A DNA stretch of 64,000 bases from an uncultured Gemmatimonadaceae bacterium. GTDB lineage: Bacteria; Gemmatimonadota; Gemmatimonadetes; Gemmatimonadales; Gemmatimonadaceae. Below the pieces are notes generated by a model. It searched no databases, was not told the origin of the DNA, and saw only the letters and a list, made by a program, of their open reading frames with translations. Shown here in pieces: positions 18,989-28,894 of this stretch. Positions within the stretch are counted from its first letter, which is position 1. Each line of letters starts with the position of its first letter. The position numbers and the translations under genes were made by a program. The stretch is taken from positions 2,624,001 to 2,688,000 of the forward strand of contig CAVXGK010000002.1 of NCBI GenBank assembly GCA_963761305.1. The letters are read 5' to 3'.

Positions 18989-20950
18989 TCACTTAACTCC
19001 CTTCTCGAGAAAGCGAATCCATCCGCGATAGCGGACGGGCGTCCAGCCGCTGTCCGGCGGCGGCGCGCCGGCGTTCGGCCCGACTGACGCGATCGCCACG
19101 CGAGCGCCGGCAGCCGCGAATTCGCCGAGCAGTGAGTCCCGGCCGGCGTGCGAGAGGCGCCAGAACGCCGGCACGACTGGCGTCGGCACGCTCGCCACGA
19201 TCTTGAGGCGGCCGGTGCGAGCCCAGTATGAGTCGGCGTGTGGACCGATCACGGCGATGGGCGTTCCGGGGCCGATTCCATGTGTCAGCAAGTCGGCGGC
19301 GACATTGGCCTGCAGATTTCCCCACGTGGGTGAGCCGGCCCGGTCGAGCGCGGCGCGATCGTCGCCCAGGCGCGCGCCGAGGCGAAGGACGAGCAGCGTC
19401 GCGACCACCAGCGCCAGCGCGCCGCTGAAGTCGTGGGCAAACCGCACGGGATGCCACGCGCGAATCGCCGCGCGCGACATCGCCCAGAGAATCACCGCGA
19501 GCACCGCACCACCGAGGAGAAGAATCCCGGGAAACGCGGCAGGCAGGATTACGTGCGTTATCGCGGCGGCCGCGAGGACGCCGATCGCCCAAAGAAAACG
19601 CCGTCCACCCGTCCACCCGTCCACTCGTCCACCCGTTCCCAGCGCGCTACCAGCCAGCATCGCGCCGACGATCGACACGACCAGCGCCAACGCCACCGCG
19701 CTGCGGTCGTCGATCGATTCGAGACCGATCGGAATCGCCACGCCGACGAGCATCGCGAGGGGGTGTACGCGGCGCGGCACGGGCAGAGTTGCCAGGAGCA
19801 CGAGCGTTCCGGCGAGCGCGAACGCCATGAAATAGCGGGCGGTCACGAGCACCATGGCATAGCCGAGCATTCCGGCCGACACCGGCACGAGCACGACCCA
19901 CGTTCGTCGCCACGCATCACGGCGCGACGCCGCGGGAGCCACGGCGATGAGCAAAATCAGAAACAGGAACGGCGCCAGATTCTCGACGTAGAACCGGCCG
20001 GAAATCGTCAGCGACACGAACTGATCGTGCACGTTGAAATGCGGCGCGACCGGTCCCTTCCACCGATCGGGATCGAACCACATCGGATCCGTTCCCGGCG
20101 CGTCGCCGGTGACGCCGCTGCCGGGAAGGATCGCTTCCGTTCGCGCGGTGCGGGCGCCCATCGGTACCCCGCCGAGCGACGGCGCGTCCTCATGGTTCAC
20201 GTACCAGGCGTAGGTCATGCGGCCGGTGTCGCCGAAGGTGAGGCGCCGGACCGCGCGCGTGAGCGCCGCCGTCCACGGTCCGACGAAGACCAGAAACAGG
20301 ACCATCGCGGTCGCGACGCGGCCGAGGCCATGCTTGCGGAGCGCGATCGCCGCCACGGCGAAACAGACGATCGCCCACGGAATCATGAACGACTTGGCGA
20401 GACCGCCCAATCCCAAGCTCACGCCGAGAACCAGCGCCGCGGACCCCGCGTTGCCCGCCGACCGCTGAAGCCGGAGGAGCGCGCCCAGCGCCGCGAAGGT
20501 CGCCGCCGCCGCGAGCAAGTCGGGCGTGGTGAGCTCGATCGGCGTCAGCGTGAACGCGACGCAGACGAAGAGCGCGTACGCCGCGGCCCGTCCCCACGGC
20601 CCGCCCAGCACCGCGTGTCGCGTGTCGGACGCGATTCTCAGAACTGGCGTGAGGAAATACTCATACGCCGAGAATGTCGCGATGAACGCGAGGGCGTTGA
20701 CGACGTGAACCAGCGGCACTTCGGCGGCGGGCGTCGGGCGCGCGACGAGCCGCGCCGCGCCGATCAGCAGCGGATAGAGCGGGCTCCAGTAGAGATTCAC
20801 CAGGCCGCCCCAATGGCCGGCGACCACCGCGTCGCTGAGATCCAGATACGCGACGCCGTCGGGCCCGACGGCGTACCGCTGCGCGTACGCCTGAAATCCG
20901 GCGAGCGCGACGACGAGCACCCACGCGAGACCGCGAATCCCGCGCGTCAC
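18989..20950 (-). CDS. polytopic membrane protein, possibly GT-C/PMT-like glycosyltransferase
   Basis: More than 10 TM segments; early loop PDGVAYLD..YWSPLYP typical of GT-C-like proteins. Confidence 0.6.
   Translation of the reverse strand: MTRGIRGLAWVLVVALAGFQAYAQRYAVGPDGVAYLDLSDAVVAGHWGGLVNLYWSPLYPLLIGAARLVARPTPAAEVPLVHVVNALAFIATFSAYEYFLTPVLRIASDTRHAVLGGPWGRAAAYALFVCVAFTLTPIELTTPDLLAAAATFAALGALLRLQRSAGNAGSAALVLGVSLGLGGLAKSFMIPWAIVCFAVAAIALRKHGLGRVATAMVLFLVFVGPWTAALTRAVRRLTFGDTGRMTYAWYVNHEDAPSLGGVPMGARTARTEAILPGSGVTGDAPGTDPMWFDPDRWKGPVAPHFNVHDQFVSLTISGRFYVENLAPFLFLILLIAVAPAASRRDAWRRTWVVLVPVSAGMLGYAMVLVTARYFMAFALAGTLVLLATLPVPRRVHPLAMLVGVAIPIGLESIDDRSAVALALVVSIVGAMLAGSALGTGGRVDGWTGGRRFLWAIGVLAAAAITHVILPAAFPGILLLGGAVLAVILWAMSRAAIRAWHPVRFAHDFSGALALVVATLLVLRLGARLGDDRAALDRAGSPTWGNLQANVAADLLTHGIGPGTPIAVIGPHADSYWARTGRLKIVASVPTPVVPAFWRLSHAGRDSLLGEFAAAGARVAIASVGPNAGAPPPDSGWTPVRYRGWIRFLEKGVK
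19601..19636. repeat. octamer tandem repeat (CCGTCCAC) x~4.5 inside a CDS
   Basis: CCGTCCAC CCGTCCAC CCGTCCAC TCGTCCAC CCGT. Confidence 0.9.
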
Positions 20951-20959
20951 TCGGCGGCG

Positions 20960-22153
20960 CTATGGCTTGATCATGACGCCGCTGAGCTGCGGGGTCGGTT
21001 GTTCAGATTTCTTGTACATGTAGGCGCAGTCCTCGAGACGCGCGCCGTTCGCGTCGGCGACGGCGAACTTGGAGCCCTCGTAGCAGCACGCGCCGGCGTA
21101 CTCGCCCTTCTTGTTCACCGCGTAGTACTGGAGCTGGAAGAACGGCCGCCCATTGTCGGCGAGGAGGCGCTTCTCGGTCATCGCGATCACGCGCTCCATG
21201 ACTTTCATGAGCGCCTGCTGCGGCGGCATCCCCTGGCGCATGAACTCCACGGCGAGGAAGGCGCCGCAGACCTTGATGTTCGCTTCGCCGCGGCCGGTGG
21301 ATCCCGCCGCGCCGACCTCGTTGTCGCAGTACTGTCCTGCTCCGATGATCGGCGAATCGCCGACGCGGCCGGGAATCTTCCAGGACAGACCGCTCGTCGT
21401 CGTCACCGACGCGATGTCGCCGCTCGACGTGACGGCATTCATGTTGATCGTGCCATACGTGTACGGCACGCCGGAGCGGTCGTACCAAATGTGCACGTTG
21501 CTCGCTTGCTCGTTCTCGTCGCGCGTCGGGCGGACCGGCTCCGGCGGTTTCGACGGTTGATCGAGCCAGGCGTCGTTCGGATTGACGCGCGACTTCCACC
21601 GCAGCCAATCCTGCCGGCTCTGCTCGGTGAGAAGATTCTGCTCCTTGAATCCCAGTTCGAGGGCGAACTTCTTCGCGCCCGCGCCGACCAGGAAAATGTG
21701 GTCGGTGTTGTCCATGACGGCCTTGGCGACGGCAGCGGCGGTCGCCACGTCCTCGAGGCAGCCGACCGCGCCGGCCCGCTTCGTCGGACCGTGCATGCAG
21801 CTCGCGTCGAGCTGCACCACGCCTTCTTCGTTCGGCAGCCCGCCGAGTCCCACGGACTGATCGTTCGGGTTGAGCTCGACGATCTGCACGCCGGCGACGA
21901 TGGCGTCCAGCGGATCGGCGCCGCCCGTCATCATGTCCCACGCGACCTTGATTCCCTGCTTGCCACTCGGATCTCGATCGTGTCCGTTGGCCGCCGAAAT
22001 GATCACCGGACGTCCTGCGAACGACGCGGCGGCCGGTTCGGATCGATCGCGAACGACGATTCGCGGCATCGCCGCGGCGACGTTCGGAAGAGCGAGGCCG
22101 GCTGCGGCAGCGGCACCGGCACCGAGGAAATCACGGCGCGAGACGGTCATCAT
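20960..22153 (-). CDS. Tat-exported N4-(beta-N-acetylglucosaminyl)-L-asparaginase (Ntn hydrolase)
   Basis: SRRDFL Tat motif; SVGLGGLPN, QLDASCM, YGTI nucleophile, TTTSG, GRVGDSPIIGAG. Confidence 0.9.
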   Translation of the reverse strand: MMTVSRRDFLGAGAAAAAGLALPNVAAAMPRIVVRDRSEPAAASFAGRPVIISAANGHDRDPSGKQGIKVAWDMMTGGADPLDAIVAGVQIVELNPNDQSVGLGGLPNEEGVVQLDASCMHGPTKRAGAVGCLEDVATAAAVAKAVMDNTDHIFLVGAGAKKFALELGFKEQNLLTEQSRQDWLRWKSRVNPNDAWLDQPSKPPEPVRPTRDENEQASNVHIWYDRSGVPYTYGTINMNAVTSSGDIASVTTTSGLSWKIPGRVGDSPIIGAGQYCDNEVGAAGSTGRGEANIKVCGAFLAVEFMRQGMPPQQALMKVMERVIAMTEKRLLADNGRPFFQLQYYAVNKKGEYAGACCYEGSKFAVADANGARLEDCAYMYKKSEQPTPQLSGVMIKP

Positions 22154-22340
22154 CGGTCTCCGACGAAGAGGCAGTGACAGGCGCCTCAATGATACGTGCG
22201 CGGCGCCTCGCGGGCCATCGCCGCCCGCCGCGAGGTCGCCAAACACCGCGGGTCACCACACACCGTCTCCGCACACCGTGACCGTTCACCGCGCGGTCTC
22301 CGCACCCCGTTCACCGCACTCGGCGTTATCTTGTCCGGCG

Positions 22341-24227
22341 ATGTCCGCCACCGTTCGCGACCGGCTGCGCCAGACGCAGTTCCTCGAGGGACTCACCGAC
22401 TCGGCGATCCACCAGCTCGCCAAGGTCGTCGCGCCGGTCATGTACGAAGCCGATTCGGTGCTGTTTCACGAAGGATCGCCGCGCGACTTCATGTCGATCC
22501 TCGTCTCCGGCGCCGTGGCGATCGAAAAAGGACTGAACGGAAAGCCCGTGCGCCTGGTGACGCTGGGCGCCGGGCAAGCGCTCGGCGAAGGGCTGCTGCT
22601 CGACGAGCTGCCGCACGGAACGAGCGCGCGCGCCCTCCAGCGCACCGAGGCGTACCAGCTGACCATCGCACAAGTGCACGAGCTGGTGAAGGAACAGCCC
22701 GCGCTCTACGCGGCGTTGGTCGGTCGCGCGGCGCGATCCATCTCGCAGCGGCTCGCCGCGACCGACGCGACGCTCGTCGGACACAAGCGCACGCTCGGAT
22801 TCACCGGATCGCGCACGCGAAAGGAGCACGACCTCCTCGGCGAGCGCGACGTGCCTGAGGATGCGCTCTACGGCGTGCAGACGCTGCGCGCGCTGGAGAA
22901 TTTTCCGATCACCGGCATCGCGCTGCGCGAATTTCCGGCGCTCATCGAGGCGCTTGCCTCGGTGAAGGAAGCGGCGGCGGCGGCCAACGGCGAGCTCGGG
23001 CTCCTCGACCCCGCGATCGCCGAGCCGATCAAGCGCGCGGCGCAGGAAATCCGCGGCGGCCGCCATCACGAGCACTTCGTCGTCGACATGATCCAGGGCG
23101 GCGCCGGCACGTCGACGAACATGAACGCCAACGAGGTCATCGCGAATCGCGCGCTCGAGCTGCTCGGCAAGGAGCGCGGCAACTACGCGGCCGTGCATCC
23201 CAACACGCACGTGAACCTCAGCCAGTCGACCAACGACGTGTATCCGACGGCGGTGAAGCTGGCGCTGCACCACGCGATCGAAGAGCTGCGCGACGCGATG
23301 CGCAAGCTCGCGGACGCGTTCCTCGTCAAGGGCGCCGAGTTTTCCGCGTTCGTGAAGATGGGACGCACGCAGCTGCAGGACGCGGTGCCGATGACGCTCG
23401 GGCAGGAGTTCGCCGCGTTCGGCCACACGATCCAGGAAGACGTGGACCGACTCGGCGAAGCGCAGGCGTTGATCCGCGAGATCAACATGGGCGCGACGGC
23501 GATCGGCACGGGGATCACCGCGCCGGCGCGGTACGCGGAGACGATCTGCCGCGAGCTGTCACGAATCACGGGACTCACGCTCATCACCGCGCCCGACCTC
23601 GTCGAAGCGACGGCCGACACGGGCGCGTTCGTGCAGCTGTCGGGCGTGCTCAAGCGGTGCGCGGTGAAGCTTTCAAAGATCTGCAACGATCTTCGGTTGT
23701 TGAGCTCCGGACCACGCGCCGGCCTCGGCGAGATCAACCTGCCGCCGATGCAGCCGGGATCGTCGATCATGCCGGGCAAGGTGAACCCGGTGATTCCGGA
23801 AGTGGTGAACCAGGTGTGCTTCGACGTCATCGGCGGCGATGTCACGGTGACCATCGCGGCCGAAGCGGGTCAGCTCCAGCTCAACGTGTTCGAGCCGATC
23901 ATCGCGTACCGATTGCTGCGGGGCATCGAGACGATGAAGAATGCCTGCACGGTGCTGCGGGAGCGATGCGTCACCGGGATCACCGCGAACCCGTTTCGCA
24001 TGCGGCAGTTCGTGGAGCACTCGATCGGCATCGTCACGGCGCTGCTTCCGCAACTTGGTTACGAGCAGGCGACGTCGGTCGCCAAGGAAGCGCTCGAGTC
24101 CGGTCGCGGCGTGTACGACGTGGTCATGTCGCGCGGCCTGCTCACGCGCGAGCAACTCGACAAGGCGCTCGACCCCGACTCGATGACGGGCGGGGGCGGG
24201 GGCAACGGGGACGGTCGGAAAGCGTAA
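22341..24227 (+). CDS. aspA: aspartate ammonia-lyase with N-terminal cyclic-nucleotide-binding domain
   Basis: CNB fold (LFHEG..ILVSGAV..LGEG); aspartase motifs QGGAGTSTNMNANEV, GRTQLQDA, GSSIMPGKVNP. Confidence 0.93.
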   Translation: MSATVRDRLRQTQFLEGLTDSAIHQLAKVVAPVMYEADSVLFHEGSPRDFMSILVSGAVAIEKGLNGKPVRLVTLGAGQALGEGLLLDELPHGTSARALQRTEAYQLTIAQVHELVKEQPALYAALVGRAARSISQRLAATDATLVGHKRTLGFTGSRTRKEHDLLGERDVPEDALYGVQTLRALENFPITGIALREFPALIEALASVKEAAAAANGELGLLDPAIAEPIKRAAQEIRGGRHHEHFVVDMIQGGAGTSTNMNANEVIANRALELLGKERGNYAAVHPNTHVNLSQSTNDVYPTAVKLALHHAIEELRDAMRKLADAFLVKGAEFSAFVKMGRTQLQDAVPMTLGQEFAAFGHTIQEDVDRLGEAQALIREINMGATAIGTGITAPARYAETICRELSRITGLTLITAPDLVEATADTGAFVQLSGVLKRCAVKLSKICNDLRLLSSGPRAGLGEINLPPMQPGSSIMPGKVNPVIPEVVNQVCFDVIGGDVTVTIAAEAGQLQLNVFEPIIAYRLLRGIETMKNACTVLRERCVTGITANPFRMRQFVEHSIGIVTALLPQLGYEQATSVAKEALESGRGVYDVVMSRGLLTREQLDKALDPDSMTGGGGGNGDGRKA

Positions 24228-24259
24228 GCCGAGGACGAGCTCGACCCTAAGGAGTGTGC

Positions 24260-24658
24260 ATGGCCGGTCTACGCCTCGATTCCGCCGGAGTCAACAAGAT
24301 GAAGACGCTCGACGATGCGCTGCTGCATCTCCAGCGCATTCATGGCGTCGTCGAGCAGTACGCGATGGCGGTGAAGCGCAACCAGCCGGCGTCGACCTTC
24401 ACGATGAATCTTCGCCGCCAGCTTCCGTCGCTCGCCGCGAATCTGAAGGCGCAGTTCGGCATGGTCGCCGAGCAGATCACGGCGGTCAACTTGGCGACGA
24501 CGCGCGGGGCGAGTGACGCCCAGCGGGTGCGTGGCCTGCGAGAAGGCGTGGCGCAGGTGAAGCAGGCGCTCGAGATTGCCGTCACGCAGACGAAGGAGAG
24601 GCACGCAGTGAAAGAGGCGTCCGGCGAGAGCGCCGACGGGTCCGGCGAGCGCGCGTGA
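24260..24658 (+). CDS. hypothetical helical-bundle protein
   Basis: AAGGAG RBS before ATG 24260; 132 aa, amphipathic helices. Confidence 0.75.
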   Translation: MAGLRLDSAGVNKMKTLDDALLHLQRIHGVVEQYAMAVKRNQPASTFTMNLRRQLPSLAANLKAQFGMVAEQITAVNLATTRGASDAQRVRGLREGVAQVKQALEIAVTQTKERHAVKEASGESADGSGERA

Positions 24659-24823
24659 TCGCCCCCGTAAGCTGCTGTGCGGTCAGCGTCTAGTTGGGTA
24701 TTTACTCGCTTGATCTGCCTCCCCTGAGCCGATAGGTTCCGCATGCTCGCCCCACACAAATTCGATCGAGCGCGTTGCCGGCGTACGGGCAGCGTGCTCA
24801 GAACGCCGGTACAAGGAAACGAC

Positions 24824-26158
24824 ATGCCTTTTCTTGCCCGCCTGCGCCGGCCGGGCATCCGCAAAGCGGGTGCGGCCGCGCTGACGGTAGGCCTCGCGTT
24901 GTTGCTTGCTGCGTGTGGCCAGGATCATCCCGATTCGATCTTTCACCAGCGGACGGACGTCAATCGGGACGTCACTTTCCTTTTCAAGATTCTGATCTGG
25001 GCCGGGGCCGTCGTCTTCGTGTTCGTCGAAGGCATCTTGGTCTACACCCTGGTCAAATACCGCAAACGGCCCGGCCAGGCCGAACCAGAGCATGTGCACG
25101 GCAACACCGCCCTCGAGATCACCTGGACGGTGGTTCCGCTGCTGATCCTCGTGATCATCGCGATCCCGACGCTCACGACGATCGCCAGGACTCAGGCGGC
25201 GGCGCGGTCCGACGCCCTCCAGGTGGAAGTGATCGGACACCAGTGGTGGTGGGAGTTCCGCTACCCGCAGTACAAGATCGTCACGGCGAACGAGTTGTAT
25301 CTCCCGATCGGCCGCACCGTGAATTTCACGCTCCACAGCGCCGACGTGATCCACTCGTTCTGGGTCCCGGCGTTGTCCGGCAAGCGTGACGTCGTCACGA
25401 ACCACACGAACTTCCTCTGGTACACGCCCGATTCGTCGGGCAGCGCGGCGTGGAACGGCGCCTGTGCCGAGTACTGCGGCGCGAGCCATGCCAACATGCG
25501 CTTCAGGGCATTCACGGTAAGCCCGGACGATTTTGAGAGTTGGGCGGCGCATCAGGCCGAGCTGGCCGTCGGAGCGCAAGCCGCCGCGCCCGCAGCGACG
25601 ACGCCTGGCGCCCCGACCGCGACTCCGCCGACGTCCGGCGCGGCCACGACAAGACCGGCTGTCGCGGCAACCACCGCACAAGCTCCGGCCGCGGCGCCCG
25701 CGCCGGCCACGCTCCCGGTGGCGCAAGCGGGTTTCATCTCGTTCCCGCGAGAGAAACTGCCGCCGAACGTGATTCCACAGACGCCGTATCCGGCGGGCCT
25801 CAACTTCGACGACAACCTGCTGGCGACGGGTGACCCGGCGAGCGGCGCGAAGCTGATGGTCGGCGCCGGCACGTGTCTCGGCTGCCACATGATCAACGGC
25901 GTGCCCGGCATGATCGGCGTCATCGGTCCGAATCTCACCCACGTCGCAAGCCGCACGACGATCGCCGCGGGGCTCTACCCGAACGACCCGCCGCACCTTG
26001 CGCGCTGGATCAAGAACGCTGAGGAGATGAAGCCGGGCGTCGTCATGCCGACGATCGGCGCGGGCGAGTACGACCCGAGGATGCACACGAAGTCGTTCGT
26101 GAATTTGAGCGATAAGCAGATCGCCGACATCGTGGCGTATCTACAGACTCTGAAATAA
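24824..26158 (+). CDS. ctaC: cytochrome c oxidase subunit II with fused cytochrome c (caa3-type)
   Basis: Lipobox LAAC; HQWWW; DVIHSFW; CuA motif CAEYCGASHANM; heme motif CLGCH. Confidence 0.96.
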   Translation: MPFLARLRRPGIRKAGAAALTVGLALLLAACGQDHPDSIFHQRTDVNRDVTFLFKILIWAGAVVFVFVEGILVYTLVKYRKRPGQAEPEHVHGNTALEITWTVVPLLILVIIAIPTLTTIARTQAAARSDALQVEVIGHQWWWEFRYPQYKIVTANELYLPIGRTVNFTLHSADVIHSFWVPALSGKRDVVTNHTNFLWYTPDSSGSAAWNGACAEYCGASHANMRFRAFTVSPDDFESWAAHQAELAVGAQAAAPAATTPGAPTATPPTSGAATTRPAVAATTAQAPAAAPAPATLPVAQAGFISFPREKLPPNVIPQTPYPAGLNFDDNLLATGDPASGAKLMVGAGTCLGCHMINGVPGMIGVIGPNLTHVASRTTIAAGLYPNDPPHLARWIKNAEEMKPGVVMPTIGAGEYDPRMHTKSFVNLSDKQIADIVAYLQTLK

Positions 26159-26186
26159 CGAAACGCGGAACTGGAGGCATAGAGGA

Positions 26187-28184
26187 ATGGCAACCGCTGC
26201 TGTCAGCCCCGGCTACGCGCACGCCGACGAGGCGTACAAGAACGGAGTCTGGAGCTGGCTCACCACCGTCGATCACAAGCGGATCGGCGCGCTGTACATG
26301 TACACCGCACTCGCCTGGTTCGGCATCGGCGGCATCGAAGCGATGCTCATGCGCTGGCAGTTGAAAGGACCCAACGGCACGTCGGTATCGGCCGAGATGT
26401 TCAATCAGCTGTTCACGATGCACGGCACGACGATGATCTTCCTCGTCGTCATGCCGCTCTCGGCAGCGTTTTTCAATTTTCTGATTCCGCTCCAGATCGG
26501 CGCACGCGATGTCGCGTTCCCGCGGCTCAACGCGTTCAGTTACTGGGTCTATCTCTTCGGTTCGCTGTTCATGAACTCGTCGTGGCTGTTCGGCATGGCG
26601 CCGAACGGCGGCTGGTTCGGCTACGCGCCGCTCACGACGATCCCGTATTCGCCGGGGCTGAACATCGACTTCTGGATGCTCGGCCTGCAGATCCTCGGCG
26701 TGTCGTCGCTCGCGGCGGCGTTCAACTTCATAACCACGATCATCAACATGCGCGCGCCGGGGATGAACCTGATGCGCATGCCGATGTTCACCTGGATGGC
26801 GTTCGTCGTGCAGTTCCTGCTGGTGCTGGCGTTCCCGGTGATCACGATCGCCCTCGTGTTCCTGCAGTTCGACCGGTTCTTCGGGACGAACTTCTACACG
26901 ATGACGGCCGGCGCCGATCCGCTGCTCTGGCAGCACCTGTTCTGGATCTTCGGGCACCCGGAGGTCTACATCCTCATCCTGCCGGCGTTCGGGCTCGTCT
27001 CGGAGATCCTCCCGACGTTCTCGCGCAAGCCGATCTTCGGCTATCCGGTCATGGTGTACTCGGGAATCCTCATCGCGTTCCTCGGCTTCGGCGTGTGGGC
27101 GCACCACATGTTCGCCGTCGGCATGGGCGCGATCCCCGATTCGGTGTTCGCGATCACGACGATGCTCATCGCCATCCCGACCGGCGTGAAGATCTTCAAC
27201 TGGATCTTCACGATGTGGGGCGGGAACCTGCGGTTCACCGTCGCGATGAAGTACGCCATCTCGCTCGTCGGCCTGTTCGTGATCGGCGGCATCTCGGGCG
27301 TCATGCACGCGTCGCCGCCGGCCGACCTCCAGCAGACCGACACCTACTTCATCGTCGCGCACTTCCACTACGTGCTCGTCGCCGGCTCGATGATGGGTCT
27401 CTCGGGAGGCATCTACTACTACTTCCCGAAGATCACCGGCCGCCTGCTGGACGAGAAGATCGGCAACTGGCAGTTCTGGCTCACCTTCATCGGCGTCAAC
27501 CTGACGTTCATGCCGATGCACTGGGCCGGGTTGTACGGCATGCCGCGCCGCGTCTACCGCTACGACTCGGGCCAGGGTTGGGAGATCTTCAACCTGTTGA
27601 GCTCGATCGGCGCCGGCATCCAGCTGATCGCGGCCCTCATCGGGCTTTACAACATCCTCAAGAGCCGCAAGAGCGGCGAAGTGGCGGGCAACGACCCGTG
27701 GGGTGGCGGCACGCTCGAGTGGTCCATCCCGTCGCCGCCGCCGGAGTACAACTTCGCCGTCATCCCGACCGTGACGTCGCGCTATCCCCTGTGGGACGTC
27801 AAGGCGCCGGGACTGGCGGCCGACGTGCCGCACAGCCGCCACGGCGACGAACGGAGCGACATCACCGTCGGCGGACGCCACGTCGGCTCGATGCACGACC
27901 ACATGAGCGCGGGCACCCCGGAAGGCGGTGTGAATCCGCACGCCAAGCAGTCGTCGACCAAGGTCTCGCTCAAGACGGCCGAAGAGCTCGGGATTCCGAT
28001 TCCCTACCCGACGATCAAGCCGCTCTTCGTCGCGCTGTTCATGACGCTCATGTTCGCCAGCCTGCTGTTCATCCACGAGAACATGCTGAAGGTCGCCATC
28101 ACGGGAATCATCCTGTGCGCGGCGACGATGACGACGTTCCTCTACGCCTGGCTCACGTCTCCTCTCGAACCCCATCACGCATGA
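26187..28184 (+). CDS. ctaD: cytochrome c oxidase subunit I (type A1)
   Basis: DHKRIG, HGTTM, FGHPEVY, WAHHM, AHFHY, GMPRR. Confidence 0.98.
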   Translation: MATAAVSPGYAHADEAYKNGVWSWLTTVDHKRIGALYMYTALAWFGIGGIEAMLMRWQLKGPNGTSVSAEMFNQLFTMHGTTMIFLVVMPLSAAFFNFLIPLQIGARDVAFPRLNAFSYWVYLFGSLFMNSSWLFGMAPNGGWFGYAPLTTIPYSPGLNIDFWMLGLQILGVSSLAAAFNFITTIINMRAPGMNLMRMPMFTWMAFVVQFLLVLAFPVITIALVFLQFDRFFGTNFYTMTAGADPLLWQHLFWIFGHPEVYILILPAFGLVSEILPTFSRKPIFGYPVMVYSGILIAFLGFGVWAHHMFAVGMGAIPDSVFAITTMLIAIPTGVKIFNWIFTMWGGNLRFTVAMKYAISLVGLFVIGGISGVMHASPPADLQQTDTYFIVAHFHYVLVAGSMMGLSGGIYYYFPKITGRLLDEKIGNWQFWLTFIGVNLTFMPMHWAGLYGMPRRVYRYDSGQGWEIFNLLSSIGAGIQLIAALIGLYNILKSRKSGEVAGNDPWGGGTLEWSIPSPPPEYNFAVIPTVTSRYPLWDVKAPGLAADVPHSRHGDERSDITVGGRHVGSMHDHMSAGTPEGGVNPHAKQSSTKVSLKTAEELGIPIPYPTIKPLFVALFMTLMFASLLFIHENMLKVAITGIILCAATMTTFLYAWLTSPLEPHHA

Positions 28185-28217
28185 CGCCCAGCGTCAGCGT
28201 TTCGAACTGAAAACCAC

Positions 28218-28871
28218 ATGGCCACTGCCGTCGCAACTCACGCCCATCCGCCGACCAGCACCGGGCTCGATCACCGGAAGATCGCCATCTGGGCGTTCAT
28301 CGGGTCCGAGTGCATGCTGTTCGCGTCGCTCATCTCGACGTACCTGATCTACAAGGGACGGAGCATCGTCGGCCCGTTCCCCCACGAGGCGTGCGACCCG
28401 CCGCAGTGCGCGACCCATCTGAATGCGATCCTCAACATCCCGGTCACGTCGCAGTCGACGTTCGTGCTGCTGATGTCGTCGCTGTTCATGGTGCTCGCGC
28501 TCGAAGCGGTCGAGAACAAAGGCAAGCCGGGATACACCGGCATCCGTGGGTCGTCCAAGTTCTGGCTGATGGCGACGGCGATCGCCGGCGCCACGTTCCT
28601 CGGCTACCAGGCGTTCGAGTTCACGTCGTTCGTGCACGAAGGACTCACGATCCGCACCAACCTGTTCGGCTCGTCGTTCTTCACGCTCACGGGGTTCCAC
28701 GGCGCGCACGTCACGGCGGGCGTCCTCTGGCTGCTCACGTTGTTCGCGATCGACGTCAAGCGCGGGCTCGGTCCGAAGGACGCGCTCCTCGTCGACATCT
28801 CGGCGTTGTACTGGCATTTCGTCGACGTCGTGTGGATCGCGATCTTCACTCTCGTCTATCTCATCAAGTAA
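28218..28871 (+). CDS. ctaE: cytochrome c oxidase subunit III
   Basis: FIGSECMLF, FFTLTGFHGAHV, YWHFVDVVW. Confidence 0.95.
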   Translation: MATAVATHAHPPTSTGLDHRKIAIWAFIGSECMLFASLISTYLIYKGRSIVGPFPHEACDPPQCATHLNAILNIPVTSQSTFVLLMSSLFMVLALEAVENKGKPGYTGIRGSSKFWLMATAIAGATFLGYQAFEFTSFVHEGLTIRTNLFGSSFFTLTGFHGAHVTAGVLWLLTLFAIDVKRGLGPKDALLVDISALYWHFVDVVWIAIFTLVYLIK

Positions 28872-28894
28872 GCGGCGCCGGAGCGACTCATCTC

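Noticed and set aside
27660..28871. Extended subunit I and short subunit III of the oxidase
   Set aside because: Transfer of two TM helices to subunit I is a known architecture in caa3/bo3-type oxidases
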